From IMG/VR virus record IMGVR_UViG_3300045988_103846: DNA of 64,000 nucleotides; one strand, given 5' to 3'. Within the stretch, counting starts at the first letter, position 1. Each line of letters opens with the position of its first letter. The position numbers were made by a program, and so were the translations under genes. The stretch comes from a virus. The notes beneath the pieces were generated by a model. It was not told the origin of the DNA and did no database searches. It saw only the letters and a list, made by a program, of their open reading frames with translations. Below are positions 9,363 through 17,546 of the stretch, one piece after another.

Positions 9363-9740
9363 TTAATTGATGTTCGACTCAATGAATATAATCTCTGAAG
9401 CAGAGAGTACATAGAATTTCAAACCTTCAGTGTCTACCTTCTCCTTGAAAGTAGGAAAGATCTCTTTCCCCCCATATTGACCGTACTGGATCACCTGACC
9501 TATTGCCAGAGTATTCCTCCAGAACCTATGATCATCATCAAAGTCCCCGAGAGCAACTATAACCCCTTTCTTGGGAACATCATCTTTTACACTGCCCGGA
9601 ATAAGAAGCCCTGAGTTAGTCTTCTTCTCCTGAGTAGAGATAGCTAATACAATACGATTCTCAGTGGGCTTTCCACAGAGAGTGGAATTCAGATCCTCAG
9701 CCTTAGCGATGCTGATCAAATTGAAATTGATTTGTTCCAT
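9363..9740 (-). CDS. GroES/Cpn10-like co-chaperonin
   Basis: RIVLAISTQEKKTNSGLLIPGSVKDDVPKKGVIVALGD matches the Cpn10 mobile-loop/beta-barrel pattern. 125 aa. Confidence 0.6.
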   Translation of the reverse strand: MEQINFNLISIAKAEDLNSTLCGKPTENRIVLAISTQEKKTNSGLLIPGSVKDDVPKKGVIVALGDFDDDHRFWRNTLAIGQVIQYGQYGGKEIFPTFKEKVDTEGLKFYVLSASEIIFIESNIN

Positions 9741-9787
9741 TTTAATTGCATTTTATATTGAATATGTTATTGGCTTTCTATTCTGTA

Positions 9788-10225
9788 CTACTGTTGCTTT
9801 CTTAAGTTCGCAGACAGAGTCTGAAGGATTCTTTCCCTACTTTCAAAGGCTCTGCATACAGATATTAATTGATTTGCTTGATAAGCTGCTTTCTGATAAG
9901 CCTTATCTGCATATTGGTATCTAGAGTTAGTAGTAGCCTTGTGACTAGCATAATCATTAGTCAACTTGTTATTAGAATCTTTATAGTAAAGCCATAGCTC
10001 TGAGAAGATGGTGTCCCTCTCTTTCTCTAGCTTGTCCCTTTTGCGTATAGCCTTGTCCCTGAGAGTACAGAGAAAAGCATAATTAGAGGGTGAATCTCTC
10101 AGCTGGGAGTTCATCTGTGACTCATCTATAGACAACTCTTTGGTTAGATTTATGGCTAACTTCTCATCATGATAAGTGATCTCCAGGATATCATCCTTGA
10201 TCTGATTTATTTTAACTGTCTCCAT
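9788..10225 (-). CDS. hypothetical protein (helical)
   Basis: 145-aa ORF with ATG start, overlapping the polymerase gene end by 19 nt. No motif recognised. Confidence 0.6.
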   Translation of the reverse strand: METVKINQIKDDILEITYHDEKLAINLTKELSIDESQMNSQLRDSPSNYAFLCTLRDKAIRKRDKLEKERDTIFSELWLYYKDSNNKLTNDYASHKATTNSRYQYADKAYQKAAYQANQLISVCRAFESRERILQTLSANLRKQQ

Positions 10226-12495
10226 TGTTTGCCCTGTTCAAATAATTCTGGAAAATGTTTTGGATAATCTTTGATGGGTATATCTTTGAACTTATGATAT
10301 TCTTCCATATAGGCTTCTACTGAAAAATCTGGCTGAAGCATCTTGCTGTAATCATAGCCAGGGATAAACGGAAGCTCTTCACCCATAGTTCTACCTATCT
10401 CAAAATCCATTGACATATCTACGTCGTTAATCTGGAAATTAAAGTATTCTTTGGTCTTCGGGTTACGGAAAGTGTCCCAAAGTTTCCATATAGTATACAA
10501 ATTGATGTACTTGGGATTCGTATTGTAATATACTGCATCATGCACCGTGCATACCTCATCCATTGGTGGGAAATATCCTCTCTTCATATCCCAATAGTTC
10601 AATATAGCCCCAAACAGAGTCATATGAGAAGCAGCCCCTTGACAAGGAAAGTTAACGGCTAGTCGAATTGCATAAGCAACATCGGCATTGTTCTCTGAAT
10701 ATATTCCAGGAAGTCTTCTCTTGGTTCCAAACAGAGACTTGATATATCCCTGCTTATAAAGCAGTCTCTCTTGAGAACCCATGAACTTCTTGATCCTTGG
10801 ATGCTCTGCAAAATAATCATCCATCATCTGTTGAGCTTCTTCTGGAGTTACTATCAAACCTGCTTTTGGATCCGATAGCTTCACTGACAATAGCTTGGAT
10901 TGAATACCATATATCAAGCCAAACGCAATCTGCTTGGCTTGTTTCCTTCGAGTCTTCCATAGCTTGTAGTCTGGGTGATTCTCATCTCCATATATCTTCT
11001 CGGCTTCATCGTATGGAACTCCATATTTCTGAGCAGCAATGGCTAAGTGTGGATCTTTGTTCTCCCTAAAGGCCTTCAGATAAGTCTCATCTTTAGACAA
11101 ATGAGCCATGATTCTAAGCTCTGCCTGAGAGAAGTCCATCACCAGATATAACTGACCGGGTTTAGCAATAAGTTGCTTTTTGATATTTGGGTCAACAGAA
11201 GTCTTTGGTATCTGCTGCATATTTGGCTCAGCACTAGACAATCTCCCACTCGTTGTGCCATGAAGAAGGAATCTCCCATGTAAACAGTCATCATCTTGTA
11301 CTTTTTCACTCCAGCCTAAGATATAGGTCTTGTACATCTTCTCTAAACCCCTCAGCTCAAGCAATTTATCCAAGAAGACCGCTTTTGGGGAATCTGGTTT
11401 CTTTATTCTCAACCTTAATTCTACTAAAGTATCTTCTGCAGTGCTTGGCTTATCTGTGTCTTTGTAATTCTGTTGAGTGTAAGCTATAATTGGGAGATTT
11501 AGACCCTCTTTAGAATACATGAGAGCCGGTAGATCTTTGTTGCTGTTGAGATTTATGGGTTTTATAAGATCTTGCTCTTTCTGAGTAATAAATATTCCTG
11601 CCCGTATATTTGCAATCTTTGTCTCTCTAGAGGAGATTTTTCTCTTGTCCTTAGGATTATCTGGGTCTAGTTCATCTAACTCTCTTTGAAGCTGATCTAA
11701 ATATGCCTGGATCTTGCCCTGGATATAAATCCCATTAAATTTCTGAACCCTTGGCAAACTGTAAATAGTATCTCTTGCTGCCTGTATCTTTGGCTCATAC
11801 TCTGCTAGAAGCTGCTGATTGAACCCCCTGTCCAGATAAAGCCCATTAGCTTCTACCTCAGTGAGCAGTCTTGATGCGGGCATATACAGATTCCTTAAGA
11901 TATTGTACATCCCTAGATCTATCAACTTCTTCTCAAAGAAGAGAGTCAATCTCAGAGTGCAGTCGGTGTCCATACCAGCATATTTAGATAGAAGATCAAG
12001 AGGCTTCTTGTCCCAATCCATCTTATCAAGGTTGTTCTCTTTCTGATACCCCGCAAACCCTGGAAGATACCTTACAACCATTTCTTTCAGACCGTTGGGT
12101 TTTTCCTCATTGAGGATGTACTTAGCCAGCATCCCATCAAGAAGAGTTCCCTTACATTGAATACCAAACTTCTTGTTGATCTGATCATCAAACTTAGCAT
12201 TCCAAGCTATCTTGGTAACTTTCAGATTCTGAAATAATTCTTTCCCCACCATCTGAAGAGCTTTCTTCCAATCAAACCCATCAGTGTATTTATCTCTCTC
12301 AAAGTGATCAAGAGGAATCTGCACTGAAGACCCTACTTGAAAAGTTATTGAAAGCAGAGTAGGGGTGAAAGTGTGCATATATAGGGGTTGAGCATTGGTC
12401 TCATAGTCAAAACAACAATATCCAGTCTCTTTACAAGACTGGATAACTTTTTTGACTTCCTCTAAACTCTTAACTATGTAGTAACTAGACCTCAT
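10207..12495 (-). CDS. family A DNA polymerase with 3'-5' exonuclease domain
   Basis: Exo I CCFDYETN, Exo II AWNAKFD, Exo III YAGMDTD. Pol motif A VMDFSQAELRIMAHLS, motif B RRKQAKQIAFGLIYG, motif C CTVHDAVYY. Confidence 0.9.
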   Translation of the reverse strand: MRSSYYIVKSLEEVKKVIQSCKETGYCCFDYETNAQPLYMHTFTPTLLSITFQVGSSVQIPLDHFERDKYTDGFDWKKALQMVGKELFQNLKVTKIAWNAKFDDQINKKFGIQCKGTLLDGMLAKYILNEEKPNGLKEMVVRYLPGFAGYQKENNLDKMDWDKKPLDLLSKYAGMDTDCTLRLTLFFEKKLIDLGMYNILRNLYMPASRLLTEVEANGLYLDRGFNQQLLAEYEPKIQAARDTIYSLPRVQKFNGIYIQGKIQAYLDQLQRELDELDPDNPKDKRKISSRETKIANIRAGIFITQKEQDLIKPINLNSNKDLPALMYSKEGLNLPIIAYTQQNYKDTDKPSTAEDTLVELRLRIKKPDSPKAVFLDKLLELRGLEKMYKTYILGWSEKVQDDDCLHGRFLLHGTTSGRLSSAEPNMQQIPKTSVDPNIKKQLIAKPGQLYLVMDFSQAELRIMAHLSKDETYLKAFRENKDPHLAIAAQKYGVPYDEAEKIYGDENHPDYKLWKTRRKQAKQIAFGLIYGIQSKLLSVKLSDPKAGLIVTPEEAQQMMDDYFAEHPRIKKFMGSQERLLYKQGYIKSLFGTKRRLPGIYSENNADVAYAIRLAVNFPCQGAASHMTLFGAILNYWDMKRGYFPPMDEVCTVHDAVYYNTNPKYINLYTIWKLWDTFRNPKTKEYFNFQINDVDMSMDFEIGRTMGEELPFIPGYDYSKMLQPDFSVEAYMEEYHKFKDIPIKDYPKHFPELFEQGKQWRQLK

Positions 12496-12513
12496 TATAA
12501 TTAAAGTTAACTT

Positions 12514-12589
12514 GGAGAGTCTAGGGGATTCGAACCCCTATCTGGTGATCTCTATATCAGCCCGCCCTACCATTTAAGCGAAGACTCTC
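12514..12589 (-). tRNA. tRNA-like gene with a non-canonical anticodon arm (anticodon not assignable)
   Basis: The minus strand reads GAGAGTCTTCGCTTAAATGGTAGGGCGGGCTGATATAGAGATCACCAGATAGGGGTTCGAATCCCCTAGACTCTCC. Acceptor stem is perfect (AGAGTCT/AGACTCT). U8, A14, G18G19 and A21 are present. D stem is GCTT/GGGC. T arm is perfect: AGGGG-TTCGAAT-CCCCT. The anticodon region folds only as TGAT/ATCA with a 6-nt loop, or as a mismatched 5-bp stem with an 8-nt loop. No CCA is encoded. Confidence 0.6.
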
Positions 12590-12647
12590 TGGTTGCAATT
12601 AAAACCAATAAATTATGAAAACGTAATGCAAGTGCAATTCAATATAG

Positions 12648-13436
12648 TTACCCTTGCATCAATTGAGCAATTGATGTCTTTAGAAGAACCCAGTCCTTCT
12701 TATAGACATGCAGAGAGTCAATTGTGTGAATCAAATACCCAGGCTTAACCCCCACTTTCTCAGCTACATACTCCATCATCTTCCACGCAAGCCATACATC
12801 ATTACCGAAGTGCTGAACAAAGTCTGAGCTTCTCTGATGATAACATAGGTTCAATTGAGTCTCACCCTTTGCATTCTCTCTGAGAAGGAAGTCATAGTAC
12901 ATAGAGCAAGGGATTCTATGACTTCCATCAAGATAATCATGATCCATAGCCCCAGACTGTCTGTAGCCACCGTATATGTCTAATATAGCTTTTCTAGTTC
13001 CAGGGTCATCTTTGAGAAGTCTGATAATGGCCTCTAATTTTGTCATCATACTTCGGTTGTAAGATACAGTATCGTTAATCCTCTCTGGATATGTATAGTC
13101 AAACTTCTCTAACCCATATACATTCTTTGTAAGGAACTGATCCCACATCTCTCTTCTCAAGAGATAGGCCTTTCCCGGATTTACTCCGTGTCCACAAACT
13201 CTCTCTGCAAACTCGGCTTCAGCCCATTCCTTAGACTTAGTGTGAATGAACAGGATATCTGGATCAGGAAGCTCCATGAGAGTATATTGCTCGCACATCA
13301 ACTCTTTGGTGATGAAGTCATCATTACCCTCAATGTTCTTGTTCTGATAATGCTTGGGCCTGTTTTCGATACCCATCTCATACAAGTTACGACCCATCTC
13401 TGACATGAGTTCGTAAGCATTTGAATAAATACGCAT
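12648..13436 (-). CDS. ThyA-superfamily enzyme, dCMP-hydroxymethylase-like (paralog 1)
   Basis: LLKDDPGTRKAIL (cf. ThyA NDPDSRR), catalytic-Cys segment HRIPCSMYYDF (cf. APCH), LCYHQRSSDFVQHFGNDVW (cf. YQRSxDxxxGxPFN; Asp 8 residues after the RSxD Asp, as in T4 gp42), DSLHVY (cf. D/GxxHxY). Confidence 0.7.
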   Translation of the reverse strand: MRIYSNAYELMSEMGRNLYEMGIENRPKHYQNKNIEGNDDFITKELMCEQYTLMELPDPDILFIHTKSKEWAEAEFAERVCGHGVNPGKAYLLRREMWDQFLTKNVYGLEKFDYTYPERINDTVSYNRSMMTKLEAIIRLLKDDPGTRKAILDIYGGYRQSGAMDHDYLDGSHRIPCSMYYDFLLRENAKGETQLNLCYHQRSSDFVQHFGNDVWLAWKMMEYVAEKVGVKPGYLIHTIDSLHVYKKDWVLLKTSIAQLMQG

Positions 13437-13448
13437 AATATTAAAAAA

Positions 13449-14201
13449 TTAAAACAGTTGACAATCTTTAGCAAGTGTCTTTGGATATTTATATAGTTCA
13501 GGGTGCAATACTTTGGCAGCTCGTCTATGCACTTTGTACTTTATATCCTCTGGGTTGGTCTCAAGCATCTTGTTTAGCTGTGCAAGAAGTTTCTCTTTTC
13601 TTGCCCCTGATTTATCTTTGAAGAGTTTTCTTAAGTCCTTATGGGCATGATACATTAGCAGCACGGCATCATCCTGGAACAATTGATTGAAATGGATAAC
13701 TAGCCTGAATGGCTGGCCATCATATACATACTCGCCCATTCTCTGGAAGAAGAGTAAGTCTACTATCAATCTCTTAGTCACTTCTGAAGCTCTTAAAAAT
13801 ACTGTAACTGTGGGTTTCTCTTCACTGAATCTCTTAGAGAATATCATAGAAAGGAGACAGTTCTTACCATGTCCATGTTTGTTGGTGAACTGCATAGCAA
13901 TGTTGTATACTTTCTTGCCACAAGACTTAACCTCTTCTTTCACAGACTCAAGCTCACCTTTATCTAAGTAATTAGATACCAGGGTCTTCCATTTGTTAAT
14001 AGTATAGTTGAAATGCCTACCAAAGTCAAAGTTAGGGTCAACCTGGGGATTAGTTATACCCAAAATGACATCATAGACATATAGAGCCTTAGAATCAAAA
14101 CGAAAGTGAAAGGGGCCCTCCCCCTTGAGAAAGGCCTCGTTCACTTCTTCCCAAGCTCTCATGGAATCAGAAGTCCAGAGAGCAGTGTCAACTTTAATCA
14201 T
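13449..14201 (-). CDS. divergent ThyA/dCMP-hydroxymethylase-fold protein (paralog 2)
   Basis: Clear paralog of the next ORF (VDPNFDFGRHFNYTINKW... vs FDPEFDFGKIMGYSQGKW...). GHGKNCLLSMIF (candidate Cys) and VFLRASEVTKRLIVDLLFF align with the C...QRSxD...N/D core. Start set to the ATG at 14201 (MIKVDT); the track start at 14225 is a GTG. Confidence 0.45.
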   Translation of the reverse strand: MIKVDTALWTSDSMRAWEEVNEAFLKGEGPFHFRFDSKALYVYDVILGITNPQVDPNFDFGRHFNYTINKWKTLVSNYLDKGELESVKEEVKSCGKKVYNIAMQFTNKHGHGKNCLLSMIFSKRFSEEKPTVTVFLRASEVTKRLIVDLLFFQRMGEYVYDGQPFRLVIHFNQLFQDDAVLLMYHAHKDLRKLFKDKSGARKEKLLAQLNKMLETNPEDIKYKVHRRAAKVLHPELYKYPKTLAKDCQLF

Positions 14202-15192
14202 CGGACTCTTCGTTGTCAAACTCACCCTTAGTCGGATCCTCTACCAAAGAGCCATCTGATTCCTTAAACTTGATAAGCTTTCGTTTTTGAACTTCATCCG
14301 CGAAAGCGTCCAAGTTATATTTCTGAATGAACTTAGTATAGGCTTTCTTGATATTGTTCCTGACCAAGATGGAAGGACATCCTCCCTTAGGCATAGGAAT
14401 TCCATCCCAATCTCCGATGATGCAGTCTTTGGCTTTGAGAGACTTGACTTCTTTTCCATATTTCTCTGGATTAAAGATTTTGTATACTCGAGTGTAAGCC
14501 TGATACCCCGGGTCAGTACCGGCATCGGCTGCAGCCCTAACATTTTTGAGAGCTTTTTTGAGTCTCTTCCGGCGATCTTCATTCTCAATGCCCTTGATTA
14601 GAGGCTCTATATCCTCATAACCATTGTAGAGCATGATAGAGATGTCATCAGCAAAAGCAGATCTAAGGAATAACTCAATTGAGAAGTCCTCATGACCGTA
14701 TACATATAAACCCATACGACAAGCAAGAAGAAGATCCCAAGGAAGTCTAGTGACTACATCAGAAGCCCTCATAACTACAGTAAGTCTCGGCTTGTCAACA
14801 TAGATCATTCGGGAGAATACTCCAGAGACTAAGCATCCCTTGCCGTTGCCATGGGCATCTGCAAAGTTGAAGCCTATATGGTAATTCCTGTTGACAGACT
14901 TGTTCTTCTCAAGTTCCCTGATCTGACTCTTTAGTACATCCATAGCATCAAGGTCAAGGTAGTTATTCAAGAGTGAGCTCCATTTACCCTGACTATAGCC
15001 CATGATCTTACCAAAATCAAACTCGGGGTCGAATTTAGCTTCATTTATGAGAACGGTCATCCCATAAGTGTAAAGTGAACCAGTTATAGCAGCCCCCTGA
15101 CCCTCTTCAAAGAGTTCAGGAGCTTGATTCAAGAAGAGCTTGATGATATTTTCCCAAGCATCTACTGGATTTTGAAAGGTGTAACTTTTCAT
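14194..15192 (-). CDS. divergent ThyA/dCMP-hydroxymethylase-fold protein (paralog 3, acidic C-terminal extension)
   Basis: GNGKGCLVSGVF and VVMRASDVVTRLPWDLLL align with the ThyA/gp42 core C...(Q/M)R(A)SD......(W)D. About 90 extra C-terminal residues ending EFDNEESDD. Confidence 0.45.
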   Translation of the reverse strand: MKSYTFQNPVDAWENIIKLFLNQAPELFEEGQGAAITGSLYTYGMTVLINEAKFDPEFDFGKIMGYSQGKWSSLLNNYLDLDAMDVLKSQIRELEKNKSVNRNYHIGFNFADAHGNGKGCLVSGVFSRMIYVDKPRLTVVMRASDVVTRLPWDLLLACRMGLYVYGHEDFSIELFLRSAFADDISIMLYNGYEDIEPLIKGIENEDRRKRLKKALKNVRAAADAGTDPGYQAYTRVYKIFNPEKYGKEVKSLKAKDCIIGDWDGIPMPKGGCPSILVRNNIKKAYTKFIQKYNLDAFADEVQKRKLIKFKESDGSLVEDPTKGEFDNEESDD

Positions 15193-15201
15193 ATTGTTTT
15201 G

Positions 15202-16092
15202 TTAATAGTTGCTTCTGATACGGAAAGCATTGGCTTCGTGTTTTTTGAAATAAATCTGATAGAGAGTCTCAGAATCAAGGTTGAGATATCGGAAAGCTCC
15301 CATCATAGCAATGAAGGCTTTCACTATCTCTTCTTGGAAGTGAATCTCATCAGTCATCATCTGTGACTGTTTCCAAGGCTTGTTCTTGAGAAAGTTTCTG
15401 GCGATATTTAGATGATAGGTCACATCCCATAAGCATTTCTTAGTCTCTAGATAGAGAGAGTGACTGTATACACTGCCCGCCTGGTAAAGAACTGGACTAC
15501 CAATCTCATCCCAAGTCAAAGGAGCAGATACAGATTCAACCAGACTAGTTAACAGGTTTACAGGATGAATAGCTCCATCTAACTCATTATCTCCCACTAG
15601 TTGGTAGAGGCCGAACATCATAGCTTCATTGAGAATATCTGTTTCCTCTTCCTTGAAGAACTGAAGATACTCTTTATCGTAAGCTTTGAGGATATACTTA
15701 TGAATATCTTCGGGCTGAATGTTGACATAAATCAGAAGCTCTGTCATGAAGTGCATAGCATCAGCAAACTCTTCACTGACATTCTGAAGATGATCAATGC
15801 ACATGATAGCTTGATTCTTGGTATACTCACCCTGCCAGTACTTTGTCTCTATAGATATCTTGTCTATGAGAATCATGGATTCATAGCCCTCTCCGAGCTC
15901 TTCAATGACCCTGCCAACAAAATCCTTTATGAGTACTTGGCTCTTCTTGGGATTCACATTGATGGGGTAAGGAGGTAAACCCTCAATTTTAACGTAATGA
16001 TCTATGAGCTCTTTTTGAAGCTCATAGATTTTCTCCAAGTACCTGTGATCTTTTACTTCAGGTGCGATTGCTTTGATGTCTCTGGCATCCAT
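15202..16092 (-). CDS. all-alpha (dimeric dUTPase / dCTPase-like) NTP pyrophosphatase
   Basis: YLEKIYELQKELIDHY, VIEELGEGYE, VSEEFADAMHFMTELL, FLKNKPWKQSQ, YFKKHEANAFRIRSNY. This is the pattern of the dimeric dUTPase (dUTPase_2)/MazG-like superfamily. Confidence 0.6.
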   Translation of the reverse strand: MDARDIKAIAPEVKDHRYLEKIYELQKELIDHYVKIEGLPPYPINVNPKKSQVLIKDFVGRVIEELGEGYESMILIDKISIETKYWQGEYTKNQAIMCIDHLQNVSEEFADAMHFMTELLIYVNIQPEDIHKYILKAYDKEYLQFFKEEETDILNEAMMFGLYQLVGDNELDGAIHPVNLLTSLVESVSAPLTWDEIGSPVLYQAGSVYSHSLYLETKKCLWDVTYHLNIARNFLKNKPWKQSQMMTDEIHFQEEIVKAFIAMMGAFRYLNLDSETLYQIYFKKHEANAFRIRSNY

Positions 16093-16098
16093 TTTTCT

Positions 16099-16668
16099 TT
16101 ACTTTTTATCTGTTGAACCGAAGCCACCTTCTCCTCTATCTGAGTTAGAAGATATTTCGATATAATCATCATGGCTGATCTCAACCATTTGAGATAAATA
16201 GAGATCCAGATGCAAGAATTGTCCTATCTTATCACCCTCTTTGAAGATTACCTCTTTTTCTGAGTTGTTCTGAAGCCCCATGTGAACTTCCCCTGTATAG
16301 TCGGCATCTACTACCTGAGCCGTAACGGTGAGACCCTTGTTGGCAGCAAGACCTGATTTATTGAAAGCCACAAGAGCGGACTGCTTATTCTGAATCCATA
16401 CCTTAATACCGGATGGAATGAGAACTCTATTGAAAGCGGGGATCTTGATAAAGCAGTCTTTGCCGTTTTCCCCAAAGAGAGCAGCCCATTTTTCCCGGAT
16501 AGTTCCATAATGAGGATTCTTCTCAAAGAAGTCCTCCATGAAAGTACTTGTCAATGTGGGTAAGAAGAAATCTATCCCAGCATCGTGTTGATTAGCCCTC
16601 CTGGGGCTCCTAACATCCCTTACCTTTGTGAAGAAGATGTCATTGAGTGAAAGTTGAGTTGGTACCAT
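16099..16668 (-). CDS. dut: trimeric dUTP pyrophosphatase
   Basis: All five dUTPase motifs in order: AGIDFF, IPSGIKV, VVDADYTGEV, GDKIGQF, RGEGGFGST. There is an insertion between motifs 1 and 2. Confidence 0.85.
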   Translation of the reverse strand: MVPTQLSLNDIFFTKVRDVRSPRRANQHDAGIDFFLPTLTSTFMEDFFEKNPHYGTIREKWAALFGENGKDCFIKIPAFNRVLIPSGIKVWIQNKQSALVAFNKSGLAANKGLTVTAQVVDADYTGEVHMGLQNNSEKEVIFKEGDKIGQFLHLDLYLSQMVEISHDDYIEISSNSDRGEGGFGSTDKK

Positions 16669-16669
16669 T

Positions 16670-17074
16670 TTAACTCTGTTGTTTTTTGGGTTTATATTTT
16701 TTGTACAGCTGTTTAGCCTCCTCTTCTGTTACTCCATATTTGGCCTGGAGCTTCTGTCGTATGATCTTTCGATCTTCCCCCTTTCTCTGAAGTGCCCTGA
16801 TAGTCTTCTTGACAGCTGGAATATCAACTAAGATCTCAAGATCTTTGTAATTATTCTCTTTTTCCAGCTCTTTTCTAGTTTTGCCCATCATTGCAGCAAA
16901 CTTGATGCAGCATAACTCTGAGTCACCACACATCTGGCAATCTTCAGTTGTGAGATCATACTTCTTCCCAAAGCAGGGATCTCCATTGTCACCTATTGAG
17001 TTTATATCAATGGGTTTCAGGGGATCCAACTGAACCGGGAGATTCTTTGGATTAGATTTTTCCTTCTGTTTCAT
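16670..17074 (-). CDS. hypothetical Cys-rich protein
   Basis: 134-aa ORF with ATG start. Contains CFGKKYDLTTEDCQMCGDSELCC, a possible metal-binding cluster. Confidence 0.6.
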   Translation of the reverse strand: MKQKEKSNPKNLPVQLDPLKPIDINSIGDNGDPCFGKKYDLTTEDCQMCGDSELCCIKFAAMMGKTRKELEKENNYKDLEILVDIPAVKKTIRALQRKGEDRKIIRQKLQAKYGVTEEEAKQLYKKYKPKKQQS

Positions 17075-17300
17075 ATAACTTTTTCTCTAATTGCATTACT
17101 TTAGTCTCATACCATTCTGCTTTGGCAAGATCTTTCTCTTTTGAGTTGCCAGGTTTATTCCCAGCTCTCCATCGGTATTTGAAAGCATTGATCTTACAGA
17201 AGGATATCAGTTGACTAATGCCAAAGAGGTTTTCCATTACATCTATGCACTCTTTCCCCTCGGCATTCTTGTAGTAGTCTGGATGATTGATGTTGTCCAT
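17052..17300 (-). CDS. DUF3310-like protein
   Basis: INHPDYYKNAEGKECIDVMENLFG...AFKYRWRAGNK...DLAKAEWY matches the DUF3310 pattern as I recall it. Start set to the ATG at 17300 (MDNINHP), after the upstream stop at 17305. Confidence 0.55.
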   Translation of the reverse strand: MDNINHPDYYKNAEGKECIDVMENLFGISQLISFCKINAFKYRWRAGNKPGNSKEKDLAKAEWYETKVMQLEKKLYETEGKI

Positions 17301-17304
17301 AATC

Positions 17305-17502
17305 CTATTCCTCCATTGCTTTCTTGAATTGTTTAACACGTTCTTCAGCTAATTCATACCATTCTTGGTAGTGAACTGGATATTGACTCCTCATGTATTC
17401 ACAGGCTTTTTCAAGCATCCACAGAGCACCGTTCAGGAACGCATCCTTACTTTCATTATTGTCAGGAGAATATTCTCTCGCCTTATCTATTATTGATGCC
17501 AT
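17305..17502 (-). CDS. hypothetical protein
   Basis: 65-aa ORF with ATG start, in the gene-dense minus-strand run. Confidence 0.5.
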   Translation of the reverse strand: MASIIDKAREYSPDNNESKDAFLNGALWMLEKACEYMRSQYPVHYQEWYELAEERVKQFKKAMEE

Positions 17503-17546
17503 AATTTCTCGATTCTTTATGTATTCTTTTAATGTTAGATATAGTA

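Noticed and set aside
14241-14588. 115-aa minus-strand ORF nested in another frame of ThyA-like paralog 3, and the plus ORF 14287-14601.
   Set aside because: Both lie fully inside a gene whose translation is clearly paralogous to its neighbour, and their translations are low complexity. Spurious.
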